64,000 bases of DNA from Candidatus Multivoradales bacterium (GCA_965223855.1 CBDCXM010000009.1:1472001-1536000), one strand, 5' to 3'; numbered from the stretch's first letter, positions 48,697-59,461 are shown. Notes: generated by a model not told the origin, from the letters alone. Program-made: numbers and translations.

Positions 48697-49896
48697 CTAC
48701 TGCGCCGACGTCCCCTCGAGCCGGTCGAGGCGCTCCTGGAGCGCGCCGAGCAGCTCTTCCTGACGGGAGATGGTGTCCTGCTGCTCGAGGGTGTAGAGCG
48801 TGAGCTCTTCGATCTTCTCGAGCAGGGTCATCTGCATCTTGGAGAGGTTGACCGGGCCGGCGAGCTCTTCCGCGGAAGGCACGTTCGGCAGGTGCTTGTT
48901 CTCGGTGATGAAGGACTCGAGCTCGTCGAGCGAGAGCAGATCGTAGTCGTCCTCGAACACGTAGTCGGGAGCGCACGGGCTGCCGGAGCAGGTGTTCGAG
49001 AAGAAGTCGCCGTCGATCGTCAGGTTGCCGTTGCCCGCGAAGGTGAAGGTCGGGCCGCTGAACTTGATGAAGGCGAAGTCGCCGCTGTTGAGCACGTCGA
49101 AGTTCCAGATGCCGCCGTTGGAGGGCACGGAACCGTTGATGATCTCGAAGCGCGGGCGGCCGGCTGCGTTCTCGAGCGAGAGCAGGTTCAGCGTCGAGCT
49201 GGAGCTGCCTTCTACGTGGACGCCGTCGTCGGTGCCGCTGTAGTTGACATGCAGGCTCGCGTCCGGGGAGGTCGTGCCGATGCCGATGTCGCCGTCGCCG
49301 GCGATGTTGAGGGCGTTCGACGGCGAACCGGGGAAGATCCGGAAGGGCAGCGTCGAGCCGTTCGAGGCGTCGCGAATGAAGAAGCTCGTCTCGTTGCCGG
49401 CGACGTCCCAGCTCTGGGGGGCGAAGCCGCTCGAGCCGTCCTGCTCGAGGCGGAGCGTCGGCGTGTCACCGTCCCGGGAGTGGAGATCGACCACGGGAGT
49501 CGAGGTGCCGAAGCCGATCCGGCCGCCATCGTCGACATAGAGCGAGTTGCTCGGCGCGTTGCCTTCGATGCGGAAGATCGTCCTCCCGGCGGTGGCGTCG
49601 TCGACCGAGAAGTGGTTGAGGCCGCCGCTCGCGTTCGAGTTGGCGACCAGCCGCCAGTCGGTCGAGGGGAACGAGCCCACCGACGTGTCGAGGAAGTGGA
49701 TCCGGAGGTTGTTCTCCTTGAGCCGGATCGTGTCGGAACCGAAGACTTCGCCGTTGACGCAGTCGAAGCCGACACAGAGGCTCCGGAGGATCAGGACGTC
49801 GTCGTTGTGGATGATGTCGGCACCGGCCGGCGTGACCGGAGCCAGGGTCAGCACGCCGGCCGCGATCGCGACGGCGCTGAAAGTTCGCAGAGTCAT
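48697..49896 (-). CDS. Secreted tail-fibre-like beta-repeat protein with C-terminal S74/ICA-related chaperone and coiled coil
   Basis: Signal peptide; G.IG.GT..P repeats; PDYVF..Y.L..L...NKHLPNVPS...LLEKIEELTLY. Confidence 0.85.
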   Translation of the reverse strand: MTLRTFSAVAIAAGVLTLAPVTPAGADIIHNDDVLILRSLCVGFDCVNGEVFGSDTIRLKENNLRIHFLDTSVGSFPSTDWRLVANSNASGGLNHFSVDDATAGRTIFRIEGNAPSNSLYVDDGGRIGFGTSTPVVDLHSRDGDTPTLRLEQDGSSGFAPQSWDVAGNETSFFIRDASNGSTLPFRIFPGSPSNALNIAGDGDIGIGTTSPDASLHVNYSGTDDGVHVEGSSSSTLNLLSLENAAGRPRFEIINGSVPSNGGIWNFDVLNSGDFAFIKFSGPTFTFAGNGNLTIDGDFFSNTCSGSPCAPDYVFEDDYDLLSLDELESFITENKHLPNVPSAEELAGPVNLSKMQMTLLEKIEELTLYTLEQQDTISRQEELLGALQERLDRLEGTSAQ

Positions 49897-49923
49897 GTCA
49901 GGGTCCTTTCGCTGGCAGCGAGG

Positions 49924-50397
49924 TCAGTCGACCTGGCGTTCGGCGGGGTCGTCTTCGACGAGCGAGGAGTCGACGACGGCGCCGTTGACGATCATGAAGG
50001 AGCCGCTCACCGTCCAGCCGTGCATGTCGATGCGCTCGCGCTCGGTGTGGGTTGCGGTGTCACGCCCGTTGGCGGGATCGTGCACGACGTTGTTCACCGG
50101 CTGGAACTCCTGGGTGAGTTCCCACGTGTAGGTACCGTCGGGGCGCGATGCGCCGTCACGATCGTAGAGGCTGAAGACCGGCGTCGCGCCGCGAGTGAAG
50201 CGCTCGGTGACCTCCGTGCCCGGGCCCGAAACGGTGAGCATCACGAGGTCGGCGGGGGCGTCGGCGGCGAAGGCGACTTCCGCTCCCAGGGGCGTTGCGA
50301 CGACGGCCGGGTCCTTGGCCATCGCCAGCGGTGCGACCGCGAGGGCCGCCACTGCGAAGGCGAGGATCCAGGAAGTTCGGGGCTGATGCTGCATCAT
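49924..50397 (-). CDS. Secreted hypothetical protein, upstream partner of the fibre gene
   Basis: GGAGAGGAG SD; signal peptide (AMA-K); DGTYTWEL...SGSF.I..G. Confidence 0.8.
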   Translation of the reverse strand: MMQHQPRTSWILAFAVAALAVAPLAMAKDPAVVATPLGAEVAFAADAPADLVMLTVSGPGTEVTERFTRGATPVFSLYDRDGASRPDGTYTWELTQEFQPVNNVVHDPANGRDTATHTERERIDMHGWTVSGSFMIVNGAVVDSSLVEDDPAERQVD

Positions 50398-50615
50398 TCT
50401 CTCCTCTCCGTTGGTGGGTCTGGATGGGTTTCGCTTTAGGTGGATAGGCGACCGACGGGGCAACTTTGTTACGACGAACACGCCGCGTGTCTCTCGGCGT
50501 CGAGCAGGCGGCGCCCGACGACACCCGCCGTTTGGCTATGCTCCGGCCCCGGGGCACTCCGGCACCCGGGCACTCCGGTACCCAGGAGCAGCCTCCACCT
50601 CTGCGACCCGAGAAG

Positions 50616-51159
50616 ATGACTTCGAGCCCTCTCCGAGCCTTCGTCGCCGCCGCCTGCCTGGGCGCCGTCTCGACCGTAGGAGACTGGATCTGGGCACGCT
50701 GGATCCCGGACGGCGCGGTCGTTCCCGGGATCGTGCACGGCCTGCTGTTCTTCGTCGCTCTGGCGGTCGTGCTCGGCTGGGCCGGAGGGGTGCAGGACTC
50801 GACGAGGTCGCTACTCGCGACCCTGCCGGTCGCAGGACTCGCCCTGGCGGCGCTCTTCTACCCGGTCGCCGCGGCGATCGGCTACCTCGGGAGCCTGCTC
50901 GTGACCTGGGCGGGCATGTGGCTCACGCTGGCCTGGTTGCTCCGTCGCGCGCTCCATGACCGGGAAAGCGGCGTCCGAACCCTCGGGCGTGCTGCGATCG
51001 CGATGATCGGCTCGGGGCTCGCTCTTCTGGGCCGTCTCCGGCGTGTGGACCCGGCCTGCCGCCGAGACCGGCTACGGGCTCCGGTTCGTCTACTGGACGA
51101 TCGCTTTCCTTCCCGGACTGCTCGCCCTCCTGGCCGGCCGCGACCAGCCAAGAGCCTGA
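50616..51159 (+). pseudogene. Membrane protein (about 6 TM) with one frameshift near 51023 (probably a sequencing error)
   Basis: Hydrophobic frame continues as FWAVSGVWTRP...YWTIAFLPGLLALL..TGA 51157 in the shifted frame; 544 nt. Confidence 0.7.
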
Positions 51160-51313
51160 CAAACCCGGGTGCCCACCGAGAGATCTGTGCAGCGGGGTCT
51201 CGGCGTGCCGCTCCGAGGACTCCGGACCAGGGAGGCTCCGCGCTCGGGGAACTCTCCCGCGTGGGACCGGGTCTACCTCGACGAACCCGAACAACCTCGA
51301 GAGGAGGCCGGTC

Positions 51314-51955
51314 ATGTCGGAAGGCTCGCTGATGCAACTCATGCACGACGGAGGCTGGGTCATGTGGGTGCTGCTGTTGTTCTCCGGGGCTACGGTGGCG
51401 GTGGCGCTGCAACGGGTGGCGGTTCTGGGGCGTGCCGGTGGCAACGCCGCACCGGCGCTGCGCCGACTGCGCAAGCTGCTCGCAGCTGGAAGGCCGCACC
51501 GGGCTGCCGCGGAAGAGCTGGCCGCGGATGGAAGTTCCGTCGGCACCCTCCTGGCCGCCGGGCTGAGCCGGTCCGAAGGGTCGCGGGAGGAGCTCGAGGG
51601 GCATCTCGAGAGTGTGGCTCTGCGGGAGCTTCGCCGTCTCAACCGCGGCCTTGCCGTCCTCGCGGCGGTCGCCACAACGGCGCCGCTGCTCGGCTTCCTG
51701 GGCACCGTCACCGGCATGATCGACTCTTTCGGCACCCTCGTCGAGGTGAGCCTGAGCAGGCCGGATCTCGTCGCTCGCGGCATCAAGGAGGCGCTGACGA
51801 CGACCGCCGGCGGGCTGATGGTGGCCGTGCCGGCGCAGCTGCTCCTGCAGTGGTTGCGAGCCCGCATCGAGAGGATCGAAGGCGAGCTCGAGGCGGCGGC
51901 CAACGGCCTCCTCGACCTCGTCCGAAGGCGGGGAGGGGGCGTGGCGGCACCCTGA
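51314..51955 (+). CDS. MotA/TolQ/ExbB proton channel family protein
   Basis: GGWVMW, APLLGFLGTVTGMI, GIKEALTTTAGGL.VAVP; GAGGAGG SD. Confidence 0.92.
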   Translation: MSEGSLMQLMHDGGWVMWVLLLFSGATVAVALQRVAVLGRAGGNAAPALRRLRKLLAAGRPHRAAAEELAADGSSVGTLLAAGLSRSEGSREELEGHLESVALRELRRLNRGLAVLAAVATTAPLLGFLGTVTGMIDSFGTLVEVSLSRPDLVARGIKEALTTTAGGLMVAVPAQLLLQWLRARIERIEGELEAAANGLLDLVRRRGGGVAAP

Positions 51956-51959
51956 CGGG

Positions 51960-52625
51960 TCAGCGGCGGTAGGTTGCGCTCGGTACCCGTGAGGGCTCGG
52001 CGACCGCCCTGAGGTCGACGCCCAGCAGCACCCAGCCGAGAGCGACGATGACATTGCCGGCCACGGCGCCCCACAGGCCGGGCATCGTCGCACCGAGCAC
52101 TGGCACCAGCACCAGGCCCGAGAGGAAGGCAGCCGGTCCACGCCAAGGCAACAAGCCCTGACGCAGGATCACGATCGACATCGCTATCCAGCCGAGAGCG
52201 AAGACACCCGCCGAAACGGCGAAGGCTCTGTCGTAGGCTGTGAGGCTTCCGTCCCCTTCGATTCGAGCGAAGACCTGCGGGATCGTCGTGGCGAGGTCGC
52301 GGATCAGGGTGAACTGAACGAACTCGAGCCAGAAGGTGAGCACGCAGCCAAAGCCGGCGAGCAGGAAGGTGAACGCGCCGAGCCGCAGTCGGTCGGCGTG
52401 CGCCAGGTAGAGACCGATCACCCCCAGAGCCAACAGGGCGACGGAGACGCTGGCGAGTCCCATACGGGCGAAGAACGCGGAAGAGGACGCAACCGCCACC
52501 GTGCCCTCAGAGTAGGGGAGCCTCGGTGTCCACACGACGTTCGCCAGCGCTGCCAGAGCGCCCGCTGCGATCAGGCTGCTTCCGCAGAAGCGCATCACCC
52601 CGATTCGCCACTCTTCTTTCTGCAT
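51960..52625 (-). CDS. Hypothetical membrane protein (about 6 TM)
   Basis: Hydrophobic helices throughout. Confidence 0.7.
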   Translation of the reverse strand: MQKEEWRIGVMRFCGSSLIAAGALAALANVVWTPRLPYSEGTVAVASSSAFFARMGLASVSVALLALGVIGLYLAHADRLRLGAFTFLLAGFGCVLTFWLEFVQFTLIRDLATTIPQVFARIEGDGSLTAYDRAFAVSAGVFALGWIAMSIVILRQGLLPWRGPAAFLSGLVLVPVLGATMPGLWGAVAGNVIVALGWVLLGVDLRAVAEPSRVPSATYRR

Positions 52626-52735
52626 GGGTCGCGCCAGTCTAGCCTGCCGATCTCACTCCGCCCCTATCCCGTGGTTCGGGCATCAGGGGACCGAGCTGCC
52701 TGGGGCCGTTCGCGATCGGCCTTATGCTGGCCGTC

Positions 52736-53590
52736 ATGCGTGCCCTGACTTCGCGCACCATCGCCGGGACCTTGCTGGCCTTGCTCGCCTTCGCGGGCAA
52801 CTCGGTGCTGTGCCGCATGGCTCTCGGCGGTGCGTCGATCGATCCCGCCGGCTTCACGATTCTCAGGCTGGTCGCCGGCGCCGCCTCCCTCTGGCTCTGG
52901 GTCGGCCTCGGCCGGCATCGCTGGCAGGTCGGCCTGTCCGGCCGCCGGTTGATCTCCGGGCTGTGGCTTGCGGTCTACGCAGTCGGCTTCTCTATCGCTT
53001 ATCTGGAGCTGACGACCGGTACCGGCGCACTGATCCTCTTCGGCGCCGTGCAGTTGACGATGCTCATTGGCGGTGCGTTGCGTGGGGAGCGGCCCGGTTG
53101 GAAGGAGTGCCTGGGTGCCGCGAGCGCTCTCGGAGGGCTGGTCTATCTGCTCTCGCCGACGGTCGAGCGGCCCACGCCCACGAGCGGATTGCTGATGCTC
53201 GTGGCGGGCATCGCCTGGGGGCTCTACTCACTGCGTGGAAGAGGGGCTGCCGACCCGGTCGAGGAGACGGCGGGCAACTTCGTGGCGGCGCTCCCCTGGG
53301 CGCTGCTGGCGCTGCTGCCGTTCTACGGCCGGCTCGCCGTGTCCTCCGAGGGTGCGTGGCTCGCCGTGATCTCGGGCGCCGTCACCTCCGGGCTCGGCTA
53401 CGTCGTCTGGTACTCGGTCGTGGGCCGGCTGACCGCCACCCAGGCCGCGACGGCGCAGCTCACGGTGCCCGTCCTCACCGCGGCGGCTGGGGTCGCGGCG
53501 CTGGGGGAGGCGATCTCGCCCCGCTGGGTGCTTGCCGCTATTCTGGTGCTGGGAGGAGCGGCACTGACCCTCGGCCGCCGCTCCGGCTGA
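52736..53590 (+). CDS. DMT/EamA family transporter
   Basis: AFAGNSVLCR, GALILFGAVQ, SGAVTSGLGY; about 10 TM. Confidence 0.9.
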   Translation: MRALTSRTIAGTLLALLAFAGNSVLCRMALGGASIDPAGFTILRLVAGAASLWLWVGLGRHRWQVGLSGRRLISGLWLAVYAVGFSIAYLELTTGTGALILFGAVQLTMLIGGALRGERPGWKECLGAASALGGLVYLLSPTVERPTPTSGLLMLVAGIAWGLYSLRGRGAADPVEETAGNFVAALPWALLALLPFYGRLAVSSEGAWLAVISGAVTSGLGYVVWYSVVGRLTATQAATAQLTVPVLTAAAGVAALGEAISPRWVLAAILVLGGAALTLGRRSG

Positions 53591-53677
53591 CCCTGCTTCC
53601 GATGTCCTGCTCCTGATGCCCGCTTACCCCGACGAGATCGCCAGGAACTCTCGAGCCGCCGCCGAGGTCCTTTCAGC

Positions 53678-55334
53678 TTGAAGCCGATCCTCGTGGCGTG
53701 GGGTGTCGCCGGCGCGCTGGCCCTGGCGCTGGCCTGGGACTCCTCCGTCAAGGTCCTCCATGGCCCCCACGACAGCTCGCTCTACGTCGAGCGGGCCGAC
53801 GACATCCTGGAGGGTGAAGTCGCCCCGTACGACCCTCTGGTTCTGATGCGACTGCCGGGGTATCCGGCTCTGCTGGCCTTCAACGGTCGGCTGGGATGGC
53901 CGCTTCACGTAACGCAGCAGGTGCTGCATCTGCTGAGTGTGCTGGCGCTGCTGATCGCTCTCCATGCGGTCGGAGTGCCGCGCCGGCTTCTGGCGGCTCT
54001 GGCGGTGCTTTCCGCCTTCCATCCCGCCTTCTTCGTCCAGACGACGATCGCCTACTCGGAGGGACTCTCGACACCTGCACTGACCGCCTCGGTCGCAGCT
54101 CTCCTGGGTCTGCTGGCGGCGTCGGGCGCCGGTGCGGGACTCGCGAGGACGAGTCAGCTGATGGCGCCTCTCGCCTGGAGCGCACTGCTCGCTGTCTCGC
54201 TCTCGGTCCTGTGGAACACACGGCCGGACTCGGTGGTGGTCGTGCCCTCCGCACTCCTCGTGGCGATCCTGTGGGTGCGCTTCGCCTGGCGGACGCCCGG
54301 CCGGGGAAGTGCGGTCGACCTCGTTCGCGTGTTGTTCCTCCTGCTGGCTCCCGTGATCGCGGTCTTCGCGACGAGTCGCGTACGTGGCGCACTTCAACGT
54401 CGATCGCTACGGATTCGAAGGGCGCTACGAGCTCGAAGAGACGAACTTCCGAAGCGCCTTCGAGACCCTGGCGCGGCTGGCGCCGGAGTCACGGATCCGG
54501 CAGGTGCCTGTCTCCCGCGCCGGTCTGGAAGCCGCCTGCGAGCACAGCCCGAGCTTCCTTCCCCTCGAGCGGTACCTTTCCTGGCAGAAGGGCGGCAAGG
54601 GGTTCACCGGACCCGGCTGCCGGCAGTACGAACTATGCGACGAGTTCGTGGGCGGCGTCGCCTTCATCGCTCTGCGTCATGCCGCCTGGCAGGCGGGCAT
54701 GCATGCCTCGGCGGAGGCTGCGAGCGACTTCTACGGCCGTGTGCATCGGGAGCTCGAGGAGGCGTGCTCCGAAGGAGCCCTGTCCTGTAGCGCCAACCCG
54801 ACCGGCACCCTCTACTCCACGCCGCTGCGCCTCGAGGATCTACCCCACGTCGCGGCGTCGGCCGGACGGGTCGGCTGGGATTGGCTGACGCTCGGCGGCC
54901 TCTACTCGATGACGCAGCAGCTTTCCGTTCCGAGGGAGGTCGACGAGGAACTCGTCGGGGCGTTTCGCCGGGTGACCCACGATGTGGACTCGCCCTGGCG
55001 CTACTGGGCGGGTCGAGCGACGCGAGTGCACATGCTGTCGTTCGCGGCACTGCAGATCCTGGTTCTGCCGTTGGCCCTGGTCGCGGGGGTCCGCCGGTGG
55101 AAGCAGCGCCCTTCGCGATCGCGGTTCGGCCCCGCCCTGGCCTGCCTGCTGCTCGTCGTCGCCGGTCAACTCGCGCTGGTCGCGTTCCTGGACGCGATGG
55201 GCCTTCCCTTCAGGATTCGCTTCCTGCTGCCGATCTACCCGGCGACGCTCGCGCTTCTGGGTGTGCTGGTGGCGCACCTGCGACCACCAAGGCCGTCTCT
55301 CCCGGCAAGCGCATTCGGGGAGACGGACAGCTGA
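53678..55334 (+). pseudogene. Polytopic membrane protein (GT-C-like) split by one frameshift near 54378 (probably a sequencing error)
   Basis: HDSSLY, PGYP, TRPD in the first frame; AHFNVDRYG...RFLLP in the second; 1657 nt. Confidence 0.65.
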
Positions 55335-55376
55335 GACGGGTCCACTCGACGCAGGGCTGTCCGGCGGGTCAGCCGG

Positions 55377-56744
55377 CTACCCGAGATCGACGCCGCTGCG
55401 CCGCAGGACTGCATCGAGCGCCTCGCCGGCCCGGCGCCGGATCTCGACCGGGTCGAGGTGGGTGAGGCGGCCCTCTTCGACCAGCAGGCGACCGTCCACC
55501 ACGACGTGGCGCACATCGGCGCGGGAGCTCGAGTAGGCGACCAGGTCGTGCGGATCGGCGAGATGGCTCCAACTCTCGGGCCGCTCCCTGGAGAGCACCA
55601 GCACGTCGGCGGCCTGTCCCGGAGCGAGGGTGCCGGTGCTCCCTCCGAGACCGATCGCCCGCGCCCCTTCGCTGGTCGCCAGCCGCAGGGCGTCGAGACC
55701 GGAGAAGGCCTCCGGCCCGTGCCGCACGTGCTGCAGGAGGGCGGCGAGTCGCAGCTCTTTCAAAGCGTCGAGGTCGTTGCTGCACGGTGCGCCGTCCGCT
55801 CCCAGGCCGACCGGGATGCCGGCGGCACGGATGCCGACCACGTCGGCGATTCCCGAGCCGAGCTTCAGGTTCGAGCTCGGGCAGTGGACGACGCTGAAGC
55901 GGGAGCCGTCGACGCGGCGCAGGTGCGGTTGCTCCAGCTGGACGCCGTGAGCGATGCACAGATGCCGGGCCAGCACGCCGGTGTCGTCGAAGTACTCGAT
56001 CTCGTCCCGGCCGCCCTTGAGCTGTCGCACAGCAGCGGTCTCCTCTTTCTGCTCCAGGGCGTGGGTGTGGATCGGCCAGCCACGGGCTGAGGAGAGATCC
56101 CGCAACCCCTGCCACAGCTCATCGGAGCAGCTCAGGATGAAGCGCGGGTTGAGCCCGTAGCGCAGTCGCCCGCCGTCGCCGCCGTCGAACGCCGAGCCGA
56201 GCTCGGCGGTGTGGGCGAGGGTGGCGTCGGTGTCTTCGCGCATCGCGCCCGGCAGCGCGTCGCCCGCGTCCATCAGGCACTTGCCGGCCAGCGCGCGCAG
56301 CCCCGAGTCCTCGAGCGCCCGCAGCAGGCCGGCCGCCCCCGGGCCGATGCCGATGTCCTGCACCGTCGTCGTGCCGGACAGCAGACACTCGGCGGCGCCG
56401 AGCATCGAACACCAGTAGGCGCTCTCGTCGTCGTGCCCGGCCTCGAACGGCCAGATGCGTTCCTCGAGCCAGGGGAGGAGTCTGCGCCGTTCGGCCAGGC
56501 CACGGAAGATCGTCTGCCCGAGGTGGACATGACCCTGGATCAGGCCGGGGAGGACGAAGCAGTCGCCGACATCGAGCACCCGGGCGTCCTCCGGTGCTTC
56601 GAGCGAGGGACCCAGCGCTTCGATGAGCCCACCCCGCAGCAGCAGGTCGCCGGCAACCACGCTCGCTCCAGCGTCGAGCGTCAGCAGGGTGCCGCCCTTG
56701 AGCAGCAGCGGCGAGCGCGGAATGGAGGCCGGACGGTCGCTCAT
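55377..56744 (-). CDS. Nucleoside/purine deaminase of the amidohydrolase superfamily (5'-deoxyadenosine/MTA-SAH deaminase-like)
   Basis: PGLIQGHVH, HTHALE, HCPSSNLKLGSG, GADG..CSN. Confidence 0.88.
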   Translation of the reverse strand: MSDRPASIPRSPLLLKGGTLLTLDAGASVVAGDLLLRGGLIEALGPSLEAPEDARVLDVGDCFVLPGLIQGHVHLGQTIFRGLAERRRLLPWLEERIWPFEAGHDDESAYWCSMLGAAECLLSGTTTVQDIGIGPGAAGLLRALEDSGLRALAGKCLMDAGDALPGAMREDTDATLAHTAELGSAFDGGDGGRLRYGLNPRFILSCSDELWQGLRDLSSARGWPIHTHALEQKEETAAVRQLKGGRDEIEYFDDTGVLARHLCIAHGVQLEQPHLRRVDGSRFSVVHCPSSNLKLGSGIADVVGIRAAGIPVGLGADGAPCSNDLDALKELRLAALLQHVRHGPEAFSGLDALRLATSEGARAIGLGGSTGTLAPGQAADVLVLSRERPESWSHLADPHDLVAYSSSRADVRHVVVDGRLLVEEGRLTHLDPVEIRRRAGEALDAVLRRSGVDLG

Positions 56745-56798
56745 CGGTCTTCGATTGTAGTGGCCGCTCGGCCTCCGGCCGGCGGTAGACTGACCGCA

Positions 56799-58091
56799 AT
56801 GCTCGAAAGGATGTTCCGACTTCGCGAACGGGGCACGTCCGCCGGGACCGAGGTGCGGGCCGGCACGGTGACCTTCCTCACCATGTCCTACATCCTGTTC
56901 GTCAACCCGAGGATCCTCGCGGAGGCGGGGTTGCCGGCCGAAGACGTCGCCGTCGCCACGGCGCTCGCCGCTGCCCTGGCGACCCTGGCGATGGGCCTGC
57001 TGGCCGACTATCCGTTCGCGCTCGCCCCGGGAATGGGCCTCAACGCCTACTTCACCTACGGCGTCGTGCTCGGCATGGGAGTCGAGTGGCAGGTCGCCCT
57101 GGCGGCCGTCTTCGTCGAGGGGGTGCTGTTCCTGCTGCTGGCACTGGGCGGTGCGCGCACGGCTCTCCTCAAGGCCATCCCGCCGTCGCTCAAGCTCGCG
57201 ACCATGAGCGGCATCGGCCTGTTCCTCGCCATCATCGGTTTCGAGAACGCCGGCTGGGTGGTCGATCACCCCGTGACGCTGGTCACCGCCGGAGACCTGA
57301 GCGATCCGGCGGCGCTCCTGGCGCTCGGCGGTCTGCTGCTGATCGCCGCTCTGATGGCGCGGCGCATCCGTGGCGCGATGCTGATCGGCATCGTGGCGGT
57401 GACGGCCGCGGTGTGGGCCGCCGGTGTCGCCGCGCCGCCGGAACGGCTGTTCAGCCTGCCGCACCTGCCGCGCGAGACCTTCCTCGCGCTCGACTTCAGC
57501 GGCCTGCTGGCCGGCAAGACCGTGATGGTGATCCTCGCCTTCCTGTTCGTCGATCTCTTCGACACCGCCGGCACGCTGATCGGCGTCGGCCGACTCGCCG
57601 GCCTGGTGGACGACAAGGGCGAGCTGCCACGCGCCGACCGCGCCTTCGCGGCGGACGCCCTCGGCACCTCGGCCGGAGCGCTGCTGGGGACCAGCACCGT
57701 GACGAGCTACGTCGAGTCCGCGACCGGAGTGGAGGAGGGGGGGCGCACCGGGCTGACAGCCGTGGTCACCAGCGGCTGGTTCCTGCTGGCGCTCTTCTTC
57801 ACTCCTCTCCTGGTCGCCGTGCCGGCGGCGGCGACCGCACCGGCGCTGGTGGCGGTCGGTGCCCTGATGCTCCAGGGGGCCCGGGAGGTCGATTGGAAGC
57901 GCGCCGACGAGGCGGTGCCGGCGTTCGTCACCATGGTGGCGATGCCGCTCACCTACTCGATCGCCAACGGGATCAGTCTCGGCATCGTCTCGTTCGTCGC
58001 CATCAAGGCGTTGGCCGGGCGGCTCAGGGAAGCACACCCGATCCTGATCGGCGTCGCGATCGCGCTGGTGATCTTCCATGGCCTGCGCTGA
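56799..58091 (+). CDS. NCS2/AzgA-type purine permease
   Basis: TFLTMSYILFVNP, APGMGLNAYF, DLFDTAGT, YVESATG...GGRTGL. Confidence 0.95.
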   Translation: MLERMFRLRERGTSAGTEVRAGTVTFLTMSYILFVNPRILAEAGLPAEDVAVATALAAALATLAMGLLADYPFALAPGMGLNAYFTYGVVLGMGVEWQVALAAVFVEGVLFLLLALGGARTALLKAIPPSLKLATMSGIGLFLAIIGFENAGWVVDHPVTLVTAGDLSDPAALLALGGLLLIAALMARRIRGAMLIGIVAVTAAVWAAGVAAPPERLFSLPHLPRETFLALDFSGLLAGKTVMVILAFLFVDLFDTAGTLIGVGRLAGLVDDKGELPRADRAFAADALGTSAGALLGTSTVTSYVESATGVEEGGRTGLTAVVTSGWFLLALFFTPLLVAVPAAATAPALVAVGALMLQGAREVDWKRADEAVPAFVTMVAMPLTYSIANGISLGIVSFVAIKALAGRLREAHPILIGVAIALVIFHGLR

Positions 58092-58100
58092 GGTGAGCTC

Positions 58101-59461
58101 CTGAGCCACACGCTCTCAGCCGTCACCGGGCGGCGGGTGGTGACGCCCGACGGTGTCCGGCCGGCGACGATCCGGTTCGAGGGGGGGCGGATCGCCGCTG
58201 TGGAGGACTACGGCCGGGAACCGACCGGACCCGAGGTCCTCGACGCCGGGGATCGGGTGGTGTCGCCCGGCCTGATCGACAGCCACGTCCACGTCAACGA
58301 ACCCGGGCGGACCGACTGGGAAGGGTTCGCGTCAGCGACTCGCGCCGCCGCGGCCGGTGGGATCACCACGCTGATCGACATGCCGCTCAACTCGATTCCG
58401 GCAACGACGACGGTCGAGGCTCTGGAGACCAAGCGGGGAGCCGCCGCCGGCCGGTGCCGGGTCGACGTCGGCTTCTGGGGCGGCGTGGTCCCCGGCAACT
58501 CCACCGAACTCGCCGGCCTGGCAGCCGCCGGAGTCTGCGGATTCAAGGCGTTCCTGGTCGACTCGGGAGTGGAGGAGTTCGAAGCGATCTCGCTCGAAGA
58601 GCTGGCCGCGATGGCGCCGGAAGATCGTCGAAGACCGGTCTGCCGCTGCTGGTCCACAGCGAGGCGGCGGAGGTGATCCGCAGGGCGCAGGCCGCTTCCG
58701 GGTCGGGCCGCGAGTACGCCAGCTACCTGGCCAGCCGCCCGGCCGAAGCCGAACTGGCGGCGATCGAGGGGCTCCTGGCGATCGCCGAGGAGTCTGGTCT
58801 GCGCCTCCACATCGTGCATCTCGCTGCGGACCAGCCACTGCCGCGACTCCGGGAAGCGCGGTCGCGCGGGGTGAGCGTCACCGTCGAAACCTGCCCGCAC
58901 TACCTTAACCTTCGCCGCCGAGGAGATCGAGGACGGAGCGACCGAGTTCAAGTGTGCACCGCCCATTCGGAGCTCGGCGGTGCGAGAGGCCCTGTGGGAT
59001 GCGTTGATCGACGGCGATCTCGACATGGTGGCGAGCGACCACTCTCCGAGCCCGCCCGAACTGAAGGACACCGACGACTTCTTCACCGCCTGGGGCGGCA
59101 TCGCCTCGCTCCAGCTGCTGCTTCCCGCGACCTGGACCGGTGCCGTGGCCCGAGGGGTCGATCTCGGGACGCTGTCGCGGTGGCTGTCCGAGCGCCCGGC
59201 CGCGCTCGCCGGCCTCGGTCGACGCAAGGGGCAGGCTGGCGCCGGGGCTGGGACGCCGACCTGGTGATCTGGGACCCCGACGCCAAGTTCGAGGTCGACC
59301 CGAGCCGCCTCGAGCACCGCCACCCGGTGACCCCCTACGCGGGACGACGCCTCCGGGGAGTCATCGAAGCCACTATCCTCGGGGGTGCACTGATCCATGA
59401 TCGGGGCCGACAGCTCGGTCCCGCCGCCGGTTCACTCCTGACACCCCGACTCGCCCGATGA
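58101..59461 (+). pseudogene. allB: Allantoinase with three apparent frameshift sites (likely homopolymer errors; gene probably intact)
   Basis: [60 protein letters not shown] spread across frames; start at CTG 58101 or GTG 58137. Confidence 0.9.

Noticed and set aside
48697-49896. Prophage remnant
   Set aside because: The protein has a signal peptide and there are no capsid, terminase, integrase or other tail genes nearby
50552-50583. 16-bp tandem duplication GGGCACTCCGG(C/T)ACCC x2
   Set aside because: Only two copies in GC-rich intergenic DNA; no supportable function
51160-51313. TPP or cobalamin riboswitch upstream of the exbB-like gene
   Set aside because: Only a GGGTGC fragment resembles TPP; the conserved CTGAGA/ACCTG and cobalamin-box elements are not found
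55377-58109. 910-aa apparent fusion ORF
   Set aside because: The N-terminal half is the antisense of the NCS2 permease; the real deaminase starts at 56744 behind a TACAAT box
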